DNA from: a virus
Lineage: Duplodnaviria; Caudoviricetes
Length of the DNA: 51,081 bases
IMG/VR virus record: IMGVR_UViG_3300037722_000278
Location: 1-51,081 of that record
Reading direction: 5' to 3' (one strand)
Part shown: positions 1 to 9,408 of the stretch, one piece after another
How positions within the stretch are numbered: the stretch's first letter is position 1
How the letters are laid out: each line of letters starts with the position of its first letter
The notes under the pieces: generated by a model
Seen by the model: only the letters and a program-made list of their open reading frames with translations
Databases searched by the model: none
What the model was told of the DNA's origin: nothing
Program-made: the position numbers and the translations under genes

Positions 1-127
1 ACGAAATCGACATCGACAAGGCAGATGGGGGCACTCTTCGTAAGAAGCTGGAGGAAACACTCCAGCGGAACAAGACCCTCGAAGAGCTGGCATCCACCTC
101 CGCAGCCAAGGCGGCTATCGGAGAGCA
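1..127. repeat. Terminal direct repeat (left copy), most likely circular-assembly overlap
   Basis: Bases 1-127 are identical to 50955-51081 and fall mid-gene; 127 nt is a typical assembler k-mer size. Confidence 0.93.
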
Positions 128-464
128 TGGGTACTCGCTCGTGAAGGAAGAGGATCTGAAGGGAGTGTCGGCGGACCAGGTCGAGGCGAAGGCCAAGGAG
201 CTGCAAGAGCAGCGTGAGGCCAGTCGTCTGGAAACGGTTCGCAGTGTGCTCGCCGAGCGTGGGCTGGATGGTGAAGACCTGGAAGCTGCGGTCGAGGATT
301 TCCTCGGCAGCAAGCAATCCTCTTCGGAGGGTGAGGACTTCACCGGGATCGAAAGCATTGGAGGCTCTCGACCGACCCGCACTCCGACGGTTCCGAAGAT
401 GGACGATGCGTTGGGCAACTTCACATCGCACTTCGAGGAGACCGCCAAGCGCACCCGGAAATAA
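1..464 (+). CDS. Capsid scaffolding protein, 3' part (gene starts at 50924 and crosses the circular junction; about 164 aa)
   Basis: Frame is continuous with ATG 50924 through the overlap; acidic/helical protein immediately upstream of the major capsid gene. Confidence 0.75.
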   Translation, partial: EIDIDKADGGTLRKKLEETLQRNKTLEELASTSAAKAAIGEHGYSLVKEEDLKGVSADQVEAKAKELQEQREASRLETVRSVLAERGLDGEDLEAAVEDFLGSKQSSSEGEDFTGIESIGGSRPTRTPTVPKMDDALGNFTSHFEETAKRTRK

Positions 465-493
465 TTCGTACGCAACCTGATTGAGGTAACAAA

Positions 494-1435
494 ATGCCCG
501 CTGGGTCTCTGACCTTGCTCGAGGCGAACAAGGATTCGACCAACAAGTTGAAGAGGGGCGTGGTCGCCACGCTCATCCAGGAGTCTCCGATTCTTGAGAT
601 GATCCCCTTCATGAGCTTCAATGGCAACGCCATCGAAGTTGAGGTCGAAGTCTCTCTGCCTTCGCCCGCATACCGTTCCGTCAACGAGACGTATACCCGT
701 TCCTTCGGGGGTAACACCAAGCGCATGTTCGGTGTTTCCATCCTGGGCGGGGAAGTCTTCGTCGACAATTACCTCCTCAAGGTCCATTCGAACCAGGCCA
801 ATGCCAAGGCCAAGCAGTATCGGAAGTTCTCGAAGGCCATGTCTCGGACGTGGGACAAGTCCTTCTTCGACGGTACCGGCACTGCCAAAGACTTCAAGGG
901 CGTGAATGCTCTGATCGATGAAGGTCTTGGCCAGAAGCTGATCCAGTCTTCGGGCGGAGGCGCCCTCACCCTGGACCGGCTGGATGAAGGCTTCGACCTC
1001 TTGAGGTCGCAGTCTCTTCCCGATGCGATTCTGATCAACCGGACTTTGCGCCGGAAGGTCACTTCGCTCGCTCGTTCTACTGTCACTGGGATTTCGTTGA
1101 TCGATGTGGGCACCGACGTCTTCGGACGTAAGGTGAACATGTACAACGATGCCCCGATGCGACTCATCGGAGACGACATTGCTGGGAACGCTCTGCTCGA
1201 CTTCGACGAAGACCCGGGAGATGCGTCGTCTGACACGGCGTCGATCTACCTCGTGGCTTTCGGTGAGGACGAGAACGTCTACGGGCTGTCTGGTCTCGGT
1301 GGATCTATGGAGGTCCGTGACTTTGGGGAGACCGAAGCTGCTCCCGGCCATCTCGGCCGTGTGGAGTGGTATCCCGGCCTCGCCATCGACAACCCGTACT
1401 CGATCGTCCGAGTGTACGGCATCCTGAACTCCTAG
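494..1435 (+). CDS. Major capsid protein (HK97-fold family)
   Basis: 313 aa; GAGG RBS; N-terminal pattern SPILEMIPF..GNA....E.SLP...YR.VNE resembles phage major capsid proteins; follows the scaffold gene. Confidence 0.85.
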   Translation: MPAGSLTLLEANKDSTNKLKRGVVATLIQESPILEMIPFMSFNGNAIEVEVEVSLPSPAYRSVNETYTRSFGGNTKRMFGVSILGGEVFVDNYLLKVHSNQANAKAKQYRKFSKAMSRTWDKSFFDGTGTAKDFKGVNALIDEGLGQKLIQSSGGGALTLDRLDEGFDLLRSQSLPDAILINRTLRRKVTSLARSTVTGISLIDVGTDVFGRKVNMYNDAPMRLIGDDIAGNALLDFDEDPGDASSDTASIYLVAFGEDENVYGLSGLGGSMEVRDFGETEAAPGHLGRVEWYPGLAIDNPYSIVRVYGILNS

Positions 1436-1448
1436 GAGGTGAACTAAA

Positions 1449-1889
1449 TTGGCTCAAAGTTCTTTGACCCCTGGTCCTGGACTCCCCATCCGTGATGCTC
1501 TCGCAGTGTCGTGGCTGTTGGACTCCGAGGCCACTGCCGGCACCGAGACTGGTGACTGGGAGGAAGTTCACTTCCCTGGCCCGGTCCAGATCGAAGTAGC
1601 GCTGGCTACCACAGCCGGCACTGTCACTTCGGCAGACCTGGAGATCCAGGCGGCCGACGCTGACGATGCTGATGGTGACCCGGATGAGATTCAGCGTCTC
1701 GGCCGGTTCAGCAACTTCGTTGCCACTGACGATGATGTGACATTCGTGCTGGATGTGACCTGCTACAAGCGGTTCATGCGGCCGGTGCTCATCACTGTCG
1801 GCTCTGGTGCGGACGTGATCGCTACGGTCACTGTCCGCCAGCGTGACGTGCATCGTGGCGTTGTCGGTTCGGGTGCTGTGATCTCCTAG
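1449..1889 (+). CDS. Virion protein, probable capsid decoration/cement protein
   Basis: AGGAGG RBS with TTG start; beta-rich 146 aa; lies between the capsid gene and a terminator. Confidence 0.55.
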   Translation: MAQSSLTPGPGLPIRDALAVSWLLDSEATAGTETGDWEEVHFPGPVQIEVALATTAGTVTSADLEIQAADADDADGDPDEIQRLGRFSNFVATDDDVTFVLDVTCYKRFMRPVLITVGSGADVIATVTVRQRDVHRGVVGSGAVIS

Positions 1890-1909
1890 ATCACGGACAA
1901 CCCCTTATT

Positions 1910-1942
1910 GGAGAGGCTCCCTTCGGGGGGCCTCTTCTCTTT
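1910..1942 (+). terminator. Intrinsic terminator after the capsid operon
   Basis: GGAGAGGCTCCC-TTCG-GGGGGCCTCTTC hairpin followed by a pyrimidine/T run. Confidence 0.75.
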
Positions 1943-1957
1943 ACGCCTTCCGGGTGG
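1941..1957 (+). promoter_or_regulatory. Putative late promoter motif TTACG-N6-GGGTGG, 7 nt before ATG 1965
   Basis: One of about 10 copies with invariant 6-nt spacing; no Shine-Dalgarno sequence before the ATG. Confidence 0.7.
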
Positions 1958-1964
1958 ATAGTAG

Positions 1965-2339
1965 ATGTCACTCTCCAACTTCCTTGAGACTGCCCTGTGT
2001 AACCATCTTCGGGGCGGGACTGCGTACACCCAGCCGACGAACCTTTATGTGAAGCTCCACTTGGGTGATGCGGGCGAGGCTGGCACTGCCAATGCTGCGG
2101 CTGAGACGACTCGGATTGAGGTGACGTTCGGCGCTCCGTCTGACGGGGTCATGCTGAACGACGCCGAGGTTCTCTGGGAGGCGGTGTCGACGACCGAGTC
2201 TTACACCCATTTCTCTGTCTGGGATGATGTCTCGGCCGGGAACAACCTGGGTGCTGGGGCTCTCGGGGCAACGGTGGAGATCACTGCCGGCGAGGATGCC
2301 AGGTTCGCTGTCGGCGCCTTGTCCTGGACGTTCGCCTAA
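1965..2339 (+). CDS. Tail/virion structural protein
   Basis: SNFLE.AL.NH....AYT.P..LYVKLH.GD.GE pattern common in phage tail-associated proteins. Confidence 0.7.
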   Translation: MSLSNFLETALCNHLRGGTAYTQPTNLYVKLHLGDAGEAGTANAAAETTRIEVTFGAPSDGVMLNDAEVLWEAVSTTESYTHFSVWDDVSAGNNLGAGALGATVEITAGEDARFAVGALSWTFA

Positions 2340-2354
2340 CCGGGGTAGTCCCCG

Positions 2355-3917
2355 GTGACTACTCGCCCTCCTCTCGACCAGCCTCAAGACGAGGTCTTTG
2401 TCGGCCGGATTGTCCCCTCTCAGAAGGACGACGATGTTGATATTGGGCTGGTCTACGATGACGTAACCGGCGAGATCGTCGGGCTCTACGGTCACAACAA
2501 CACGGAAGACACGATCCACCTGTCTCTCGGGGTTGGTGCTCGTGTGGAGCGGATCACTCTCGAGCCGTTCACCACCATGCGTCAAAGGGCGAACCTGCCT
2601 GCTGGCCGCCGGCCCTCGATGCGTCCAGCCACCATTGCCGATCACCCTTGGCAGCAGGCTGCCGGATGGGTGGCCGGGTTCGATTCGGTCACTGTCGAAC
2701 GTGTGTATGCGAGGCCGGAACGGAACTCTCCGGTGGTGCTGTCGGAGGCGATCACCGAGTTCGTGTCGTCTGAGTCCACCACTCATAACGTGCCGATGCC
2801 GGCCACGGTCAACCCTGGTGACCTGCTCGATGCCGGGTCGTATATCACTGGCTCGTCGACCATCTCGGCTAGTGGGTTCACTCTGACCGGCTCTCAGGCC
2901 AACACGAGCGGGGATGACACCAGGCTGAGCTTGTTTGCTAAGAATGCGGTCGGCAACGAGGACGGCACCAACGTCAACTTTGCCACCTCGTCGAGCGCTT
3001 TCATGTATGTCACTCTCCGCCGGATCGAGGAGGGTTCCTGGTCGGGCGACGTCGCAGACATAGAGGCTGCTTTTGCTACTGGGACTTCGACCACTCCGAA
3101 CCCTCCCAACCTGGCGCCCAGTGGCGGGTCGGCTGACTACTTGTGGATCGCCTGGGGTTGTAAGGATTCCAGCGGGACGATCACCAGCGCTCCCACCAAC
3201 TACACGAACCTCATCACCGGCTCGGGCGGAGCGAACATGGGCACGGCTCGGCGGACTCTCGAAGCCTCGTCGCAGGATCCTGGCACATTCGGTGGGTCTA
3301 GTTCGCAGCCGTATATTGCGGCGACCGAGGCAATCCCGCCGGCGTCGGGTGCGGAACCTCTAGAACTTGACGGGAGTATCAGCGGTGCCGGCACTCTCGC
3401 CGGCACGCTGGGTATCAGGCGTGTCCTCGCTGGCAGCCTGGCTGGAGCTGGTGTCCTGGCAGGGGATCTGATCGCCCGGCGGGCGCTTACTGGTTCTCTG
3501 GCAGGGTCGGGTCTTCTCGCCGGGGACATGCTCCGGGTGCGTGACCTGGCTGGTGGGGTGGTGGGGGACGGGGCTCTGGCTGGCACACTGGCCATCGTCG
3601 TCGTCCATGATCTGACCGGGTCTCTTACCGGGTCGGGAACTCTGGCGGGGGATCTGACCATCTTCACTGTCCACGATCTGACGGGGGCCCTGGTGGGCAC
3701 TGCCACTCTCGAGGGGGACATGCTCCGGGTCAGGGATCTGACTGGCCAGCTCGTCGGAAACGCAGTGCTGGCGGGGGATATGGTCCGGGTTCGGAGTCTC
3801 ACTGGGAGTCTGACCGGGACGGGGAGTTTAAACGGCACCCTGGTGGTCGTGTTCCCGTTCCCCTCCTCGATGGACTATCGCTCGGTCATGAGGTTCAGGC
3901 CGGCTCGTAGACGTTGA
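2355..3917 (+). CDS. Tail fibre / head-fibre-like protein with C-terminal ~19-20 aa repeats
   Basis: 520 aa; Ser/Thr/Gly-rich beta domain followed by about 8 repeats of (D)LxGSLxGxGxLxGD. Confidence 0.6.
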   Translation: MTTRPPLDQPQDEVFVGRIVPSQKDDDVDIGLVYDDVTGEIVGLYGHNNTEDTIHLSLGVGARVERITLEPFTTMRQRANLPAGRRPSMRPATIADHPWQQAAGWVAGFDSVTVERVYARPERNSPVVLSEAITEFVSSESTTHNVPMPATVNPGDLLDAGSYITGSSTISASGFTLTGSQANTSGDDTRLSLFAKNAVGNEDGTNVNFATSSSAFMYVTLRRIEEGSWSGDVADIEAAFATGTSTTPNPPNLAPSGGSADYLWIAWGCKDSSGTITSAPTNYTNLITGSGGANMGTARRTLEASSQDPGTFGGSSSQPYIAATEAIPPASGAEPLELDGSISGAGTLAGTLGIRRVLAGSLAGAGVLAGDLIARRALTGSLAGSGLLAGDMLRVRDLAGGVVGDGALAGTLAIVVVHDLTGSLTGSGTLAGDLTIFTVHDLTGALVGTATLEGDMLRVRDLTGQLVGNAVLAGDMVRVRSLTGSLTGTGSLNGTLVVVFPFPSSMDYRSVMRFRPARRR

Positions 3918-3931
3918 CGGGCGCCGGGTGG
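3915..3931 (+). promoter_or_regulatory. Putative late promoter motif TGACG-N6-GGGTGG, 7 nt before ATG 3939
   Basis: Downstream part (CCGGGTGGATAGTAGATG) is identical to the 1950-1967 copy. Confidence 0.7.
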
Positions 3932-3938
3932 ATAGTAG

Positions 3939-4841
3939 ATGCCAGCTTTCACTGACGTGACTCTCGAGTCTCTAATCGAAGAGACTCTCGACGTCCTCTA
4001 CCGGTCTGCCGAACGTCCCGCCCAGGTGATCGTCGGGTCGACCGCCATCAGCGACGACAACGACACCACGCTCACCCTGTCTACAGGGACGGTCGATGTG
4101 ACTGACCGCCTGGAGGGCGGGTCCGAAGTGATGCTTGTCACTGGGAAGAGCGCTGATGCTGACCCGGTCTACACCGTGAGCCGAGGCTACTTGAACACGG
4201 TCAAGGAAGCACATTCGACTGGGAGTGTCCTGTTGAAGGGGCCCGAGTTTCATCGTGCCCTGGTGGAGAGGTGGGTCCGCAAGGCGGTCTCGTCGATCAT
4301 GAACACGGAACTGCCGTATCTCGAGTCGGCCACGTATGCTCGGCATGCCACCTACTCGTATATCGAGCTGCCGGCGGATTCTCTAGGCGTCTTCCAGGTC
4401 CGACATTTCGGCGTTCTCGACGGTCGTGTTGCCGGTCATGGCGGGTGGAGGTTCGAGGAGCTGCCGACGGATCTGGTCGCCTCGGGAAAGATCCTCCGGG
4501 TCAGCTCGGGTGTGACCGAGGATGACGAGCTGATCGTCGACGTGTGGCGCCCGTACACGTTCACTGGTACGGGGGAGGCTGCCACAGTGCCTTTGCCGGT
4601 CACGGCTACGGATGTTCCCGTGTTGTGGGCTGCTGCCTACGGCATGGCCCGGCGTGAGATTTCGAAGGCTGAGGTCGACAAGATCGAAGAGTGGAATCAG
4701 GGGGAGGCTGCTCGGCAGGGCGTAAACCTTCGAATGATCCGTGACATGTGGGGCGAGGTGTACCGGCGTGTGGACGAGTCGAAGGACGTTCATCGCCTGC
4801 CCAAGACTCGCCCCTTCCAGAAGATAGCGAAGGTCTGGTAA
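3939..4841 (+). CDS. Head-tail adaptor / tail tubular protein A-like
   Basis: 300 aa; position in tail cluster; helical N- and C-termini flanking a beta insert (E.M.VT...VSRG..NT...AH..G). Confidence 0.55.
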   Translation: MPAFTDVTLESLIEETLDVLYRSAERPAQVIVGSTAISDDNDTTLTLSTGTVDVTDRLEGGSEVMLVTGKSADADPVYTVSRGYLNTVKEAHSTGSVLLKGPEFHRALVERWVRKAVSSIMNTELPYLESATYARHATYSYIELPADSLGVFQVRHFGVLDGRVAGHGGWRFEELPTDLVASGKILRVSSGVTEDDELIVDVWRPYTFTGTGEAATVPLPVTATDVPVLWAAAYGMARREISKAEVDKIEEWNQGEAARQGVNLRMIRDMWGEVYRRVDESKDVHRLPKTRPFQKIAKVW

Positions 4842-5545
4842 TGGCTGCTACTAACCGATTGTTCGTCGACCTCATTTCGGGGACACTGTCTGCTGACCCT
4901 GGCGTGTCTGGCACCACTCTCGACGGGGCTTTCCTCGCTGACCTGCCCGTGGTCGCCGACCCGGATTTCATTGCTCTGACGATTGACCCGGAGGCGGCTG
5001 ATGGGGATCCTGAGATCGTCTGGGTGACAGTCCACTCTTCGGCTGCGACCTCGGCGACGGTCCTCCGTGAACAGGAGGGCACGACTGAACGTGCGCATGA
5101 TTCGGGTACGAAGGCGATTGCTGGCCTGACGGCTGACGGTCTCACCTCGGCGATCCGTTCGCTCTACCCGGTCGGATCGATCTATTTCAATGCGAGCGTC
5201 GCTACCAATCCGGGCACCCTGCTCGGGTTCGGCACTTGGGCAGCCTTCGGCGAGGGACGGGTACTGGTCGGACTGGACTCTGGCGACACCGACTTCGACA
5301 CTGTCGAGGAGGAAGGCGGCTCCAAGACCCAGGCGACTCACGTTCACGAGGTTGACCCGCCCATCACGACCAGCGCCATCGAAGCTCAGACTCAGGTATC
5401 CGCTGATTCGGGCAACGACAATGGTGTTGCTGTCGACGATCACACGCACACTGTCAACATCGCCCCTTTCAACTCGGCGGCAGCAGGTGACGATTCGATT
5501 GTCCAGCCATATGTCACTGTCTACATGTGGAAGAGGACTGCATGA
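4841..5545 (+). CDS. Tail fibre/baseplate protein with Gp10-C/tail-collar-like domain
   Basis: TAATG-coupled start at 4841; motif LYPVGSIYF...NP..L.GFGTW..FG.GRVLVG...QPY.TVYMWKRTA. Confidence 0.75.
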   Translation: MAATNRLFVDLISGTLSADPGVSGTTLDGAFLADLPVVADPDFIALTIDPEAADGDPEIVWVTVHSSAATSATVLREQEGTTERAHDSGTKAIAGLTADGLTSAIRSLYPVGSIYFNASVATNPGTLLGFGTWAAFGEGRVLVGLDSGDTDFDTVEEEGGSKTQATHVHEVDPPITTSAIEAQTQVSADSGNDNGVAVDDHTHTVNIAPFNSAAAGDDSIVQPYVTVYMWKRTA

Positions 5546-6216
5546 GCTTGGCGCTCGGAGGTTACGCCTTCGGCACCGAACCTCTCGCAGGAGACCCGCT
5601 CCACGATCCGCCGACCGTGGTCGTGACCGCTCCGACTGGAACAGTGTCGACCGGTGGTCCAGTTTTGACTGTCGAATGGGATTACGCCCAGCCTCAGGGC
5701 GACGCTCAAGAGTGGTATCGGGTGCTCGCCCAGAATGATGCTGGCACGACCACCTTCTACGATTCTGGCTGGCTGCCTGGAACTGACGCCTCTCTCGGTG
5801 TCGACGTCGACGCTGAGGAGATCCCTCACGACTCGTCTGACCTGACTTGGATGGTCCAGGTGCGAGGGCCGGAGGGGATCGGTACGGGCACTGTAGCCCG
5901 GTATCAGGTTGAGGATGATGAGGCGATCGTCATCGACTGGGGCGATCCGGCTGCTGCGATCACGGCGCCGGGAGATGGCGGGGTTGTGGACGAGCTGACC
6001 GGACTGGACGTGTCTTGGACGTTCACTGATGCTGGGAAAACCCAGTCTGCCTACCGTGTGAGGCTGCTCCTCCACGATTCGAGCCTGGTCGAACATGACA
6101 CTGGCTGGGTGGCTAGTGCGGCCACCTCGTATGAGGTGCCGATCACCCTGCGGGACGGTTCGGTCTACGACGTGGAAGTCCAGTTGAAGAACAATCATGG
6201 GATTCGGAGCGACTGA
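5542..6216 (+). CDS. Virion protein with two Ig/Fn3-like domains
   Basis: ATGA overlap; repeated W.Y/F...Q..YRV.......YDSGW / HDTGW pattern. Confidence 0.6.
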   Translation: MSLALGGYAFGTEPLAGDPLHDPPTVVVTAPTGTVSTGGPVLTVEWDYAQPQGDAQEWYRVLAQNDAGTTTFYDSGWLPGTDASLGVDVDAEEIPHDSSDLTWMVQVRGPEGIGTGTVARYQVEDDEAIVIDWGDPAAAITAPGDGGVVDELTGLDVSWTFTDAGKTQSAYRVRLLLHDSSLVEHDTGWVASAATSYEVPITLRDGSVYDVEVQLKNNHGIRSD

Positions 6217-6791
6217 TGGCTCATCTCAAGGATGATCACAGGCTTCTGGAGCAGACGACAGCGGAGTTCCATGGGGCGATGAACGATCATCGGACGTTCC
6301 GTAACGAGATCAACGCCTTGCGGAACGAGCTGCGAAGAGTCAGCACTGCTGTGCTGACCGGTCGGGTCAGTGACCTCGAAGCAGCAGCGGCGGACCTTCC
6401 CCTGGGTCTCCTCGGCTACGCCGAGGTGACGTCGAGCCAAGCCTCGATCAGTTCAGCCGTCGACCTCACCGACTTGAGCGTCACCGTTACGGCCGGCGCC
6501 TCACGTCGCCTTCGGGTAAGCGCCCAGGTCGCAGGTCTTCCGTCGACCGCCGACAACCTCATCATGGTCAGAATCCAAGAAGACACCACCGTTTTCAGCG
6601 AGTTCTCCCTCACCCTCGCCCGCACCAACGCCAGCGAATCGCTATATGGCGAGGTCGTCGTCACCCCCTCGTCAGGATCGCACACTTATAAGCTCGTCGG
6701 CCTCATGGCGGTCGGCACCGGCACCGTCCAAATGACCGCCGGAGCCACTCGGCCAGCCTTCATTCTCGTCGAAGACATTGGGCCCGCCTGA
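6216..6791 (+). CDS. Tail fibre/minor tail protein
   Basis: N-terminal coiled coil; C-terminal beta-sandwich ending GSHTYKL...ILVEDIG, typical of actinophage minor tail proteins. Confidence 0.6.
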   Translation: MAHLKDDHRLLEQTTAEFHGAMNDHRTFRNEINALRNELRRVSTAVLTGRVSDLEAAAADLPLGLLGYAEVTSSQASISSAVDLTDLSVTVTAGASRRLRVSAQVAGLPSTADNLIMVRIQEDTTVFSEFSLTLARTNASESLYGEVVVTPSSGSHTYKLVGLMAVGTGTVQMTAGATRPAFILVEDIGPA

Positions 6792-8692
6792 TGAGCCACG
6801 CTGCACCTGACATTGTCACGATCACCGTCGACGCTCCCGGCGTCGCCAACATTCCGCCGCTCGAGTCGGTCGGGAAAATCTACGAGATCGGAATTAACGG
6901 GATCGGCTACATGCTCGACGACCATCCTGGCCGTCCAGACTCTCTCCCCTTGTCGGTGGTCCCATCTCTTGACGCTCCACGACTGGCGACGGGTGACACT
7001 CCGTTCTCTCAGGCTGTCGAACGGTACACGTTGGAAACCTTCCATGACTGGACTGCCGGTGCAGGCCAGGAGTTCCTGAACCGGGAGGAGAGCGACTCTC
7101 GATCCTTCTTGGATTCGGATGGCGTCGACCCGTTCACTGAGAAGGGGAAGCTGAAGCTGCTGCCCGTGTCGACGGTGAGCCTGGCGGAAGCGTATGCGGG
7201 GCTCAGGCTGGTCGCTGTCGGCGATGACCTGTACGCACTTTCGGATGATGATGAGCTGACCAGGTTTGTCGGGTCGACGAGCACTTGGGGCACTCCGTTC
7301 ACGATTTCGGATGGTGACCCGGTCGTCGTTTCTGACTTGTCTTCGGACGGCCAGTTCTGGTATGCGGCGACCGGCGAGGGGATCATCAGGGGGACTACGG
7401 CTGACCCGGCTGCGAACTGGTCTGCTCAAGTCGCCCAGGGAGTCCGTTGGGCTGGCGGCCGTATCTGCGCTGCCGTGGTCGAGTCGGGTTCCACGCCGAA
7501 CAGGTTCACGACCTTGGCCCGGGACGGGACTGAAGAGCTGGCTGCCGGGCATCTCACCTTGGATGCCGGCCATACCATTGTCCTGGGCGGAGCGGCTGCT
7601 GGATCTTTCTACTTCGGCTCGCATGTCGGCGACCAGGGGCAGATCTGGGCGTGGCAGTTGGGCGTCGATTCGGAAGGGTCGTTCTTTGTCCCCCATGTCG
7701 CCTGGGATATGCCTCAGGGCCTGGTTCCGAGCGCCGTGTATGCGGCTGCCGGGGAGGTCTGGGTGCGTGCTTACCGTGCTGAGGGCCCGTCGGCTGGTGA
7801 GGTGCTCATCTACCGGGGGGTTCCCGGTTCTGGGCTGACTCCGTTCCTGGTGGCCGAGCTGGGGGTGACTGCCCGGGCTGGCGATTTCGCCGAGGTGGGA
7901 GATCTGATCTTGTTCTCCTGGCAGGACACGACGGGGGATGCTGGGCTGGGTGCGGTGAACTTGCCGACCGGCGGGTATTCACGCTGGCTGCAAGCTCACG
8001 AGACAGGCGTCGTGTCGTCGGTGATCGAACATCGTGGCCTGGCTGCCTATACGGTGGCGGGTGAGGGTGTCTACGTGGAGTCGTCGACTGTCTGGGAGCT
8101 GGCAGGGTTTGTTACCCAGTCGTTTGTTGATGGCGGGTCTGCTCTGGACAAGGTGTTGGATGCGGTGACGATTGAGGCTGCGACCCTTCTCGAGGGGGAG
8201 GAGGTCGAAGTCGAATATTCGATCGATGGTGGCGGTTCGTACGTGTCGGGGTTGACCTTGGATACGCAGGGTGCTCGCCGGAAGACCGTCCAACTGTCTC
8301 AGCGGACCGGATCGTGGGGTCTGCGTGTCCGCCTGGTGGGGGATGGAACGTCGCAGACGACCCTGGTGGCTGCCCAGGGGAAGTATCACCCGTTGGGTTT
8401 GACTGACCGGATTGTCGTCCACCGGATCAGATGTTATGACGAGCAGAAGGGTTTGAACGGGGCTCCTCTCCCTGAGAATGGGAAGGGTCATGGGGCTCGG
8501 AGTCTCCGCCATCTCGAGTCGCTCGGCCAGAATCGTGTTCTCCTCCAGGATGTCGACTGGCATGTGACCGGGTTTGCCGAAGTGGTCGAGGTCGTTTCGG
8601 TGCAGGTTTCGAGGTCGCTGATCTATGACCCGGCGATCGGTGAGAATCGTGTGGGTGGGGTTGCTGAGGTGACGTTCAGGAAGGTCGGGTAG
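6791..8692 (+). CDS. Tail nozzle / tail tubular protein B-like (beta-propeller)
   Basis: 633 aa; DW..GAGQ...F.DS.GVDP....G.LKLL motif; beta-rich; last large tail gene. Confidence 0.6.
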   Translation: MSHAAPDIVTITVDAPGVANIPPLESVGKIYEIGINGIGYMLDDHPGRPDSLPLSVVPSLDAPRLATGDTPFSQAVERYTLETFHDWTAGAGQEFLNREESDSRSFLDSDGVDPFTEKGKLKLLPVSTVSLAEAYAGLRLVAVGDDLYALSDDDELTRFVGSTSTWGTPFTISDGDPVVVSDLSSDGQFWYAATGEGIIRGTTADPAANWSAQVAQGVRWAGGRICAAVVESGSTPNRFTTLARDGTEELAAGHLTLDAGHTIVLGGAAAGSFYFGSHVGDQGQIWAWQLGVDSEGSFFVPHVAWDMPQGLVPSAVYAAAGEVWVRAYRAEGPSAGEVLIYRGVPGSGLTPFLVAELGVTARAGDFAEVGDLILFSWQDTTGDAGLGAVNLPTGGYSRWLQAHETGVVSSVIEHRGLAAYTVAGEGVYVESSTVWELAGFVTQSFVDGGSALDKVLDAVTIEAATLLEGEEVEVEYSIDGGGSYVSGLTLDTQGARRKTVQLSQRTGSWGLRVRLVGDGTSQTTLVAAQGKYHPLGLTDRIVVHRIRCYDEQKGLNGAPLPENGKGHGARSLRHLESLGQNRVLLQDVDWHVTGFAEVVEVVSVQVSRSLIYDPAIGENRVGGVAEVTFRKVG

Positions 8693-8699
8693 CGGATCT

Positions 8700-8716
8700 T
8701 GACGTCTCTCGGGGGG
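8700..8716 (+). promoter_or_regulatory. Putative late promoter motif TGACG-N6-GGGGGG, 8 nt before GTG 8725
   Basis: Matches the recurrent bipartite motif. Confidence 0.6.
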
Positions 8717-8724
8717 ATTAGAGA

Positions 8725-8934
8725 GTGGACAAGTTCGCAATCGCATGGATCGTATGGATCGGCTGGTTCGCAGTTTGGGAGACATGGGCAATCATCGACG
8801 GGGCCAACGGCCGGCCGGGGGGGACTCTCTCCGAGCACGTCCGGGAGCTAGTCCAGGGTCGGTCTCTCTTGGCGTTCCTGTTGGTGGCGTTTTGCCTGTG
8901 GTTGGCCTGGCATATCGTCTTCGAGGAAGCGTGA
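8725..8934 (+). CDS. Small two-TM membrane protein (holin candidate)
   Basis: 69 aa with two hydrophobic segments and a TLSEH motif; preceded by the late motif. Confidence 0.5.
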   Translation: MDKFAIAWIVWIGWFAVWETWAIIDGANGRPGGTLSEHVRELVQGRSLLAFLLVAFCLWLAWHIVFEEA

Positions 8935-9001
8935 GACGTAAAGCCCCGATCCTCGCCCTGCCTCTCCTCTACGGACTGAGCGCTCTGATAAGGGCTCTTT
9001 C

Positions 9002-9205
9002 TTGACCTGCTCTCATTGCAGTCTGGAGACTCCTGAGGATCGGAACTTCTGTGTCCACTGTAAGCATAAGCTCCGTGACCTGAGAGGGATCAGGTTCGGG
9101 AAGGGCACTGGCTCATCGGTGAAGCTCGACTACTTCTGGGAGACTGGCAATCCGGCCGTGTTCGCTTCGCCGGGCGCTCTGGACTTCGACCCTAGTCTGC
9201 CTTAG
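9002..9205 (+). CDS. Small zinc-ribbon protein
   Basis: CxxC...CxxC; converges on the end of the minus-strand arm. Confidence 0.45.
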   Translation: MTCSHCSLETPEDRNFCVHCKHKLRDLRGIRFGKGTGSSVKLDYFWETGNPAVFASPGALDFDPSLP

Positions 9206-9408
9206 TTGAAGGCGTTGGTGATCATCCAGCCGAGCCCCATGAGTGCGAGGCCGACGAGGATGAGGGATACGACTCCGATGATGACCGTGTCGAGGAACTG
9301 GCCTTTCATCTGACCCATCGTAGCGCTCTCCGGGTCGTGGTGTGGCCTGGATACTGGTTCGGTGGCTCCTGGGGGCCTTTCTGTGGGCCTGAGGGCATTC
9401 TGAGTCAT
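9202..9408 (-). CDS. Small membrane protein
   Basis: ATGA-coupled to the recombinase gene; C-terminal TM helix. Confidence 0.55.
   Translation of the reverse strand: MTQNALRPTERPPGATEPVSRPHHDPESATMGQMKGQFLDTVIIGVVSLILVGLALMGLGWMITNAFN

Noticed and set aside
2355-8692. Diversity-generating retroelement or tail-fibre shufflon
   Set aside because: No reverse transcriptase, no template/variable repeat pair and no inverted fibre cassettes were seen.
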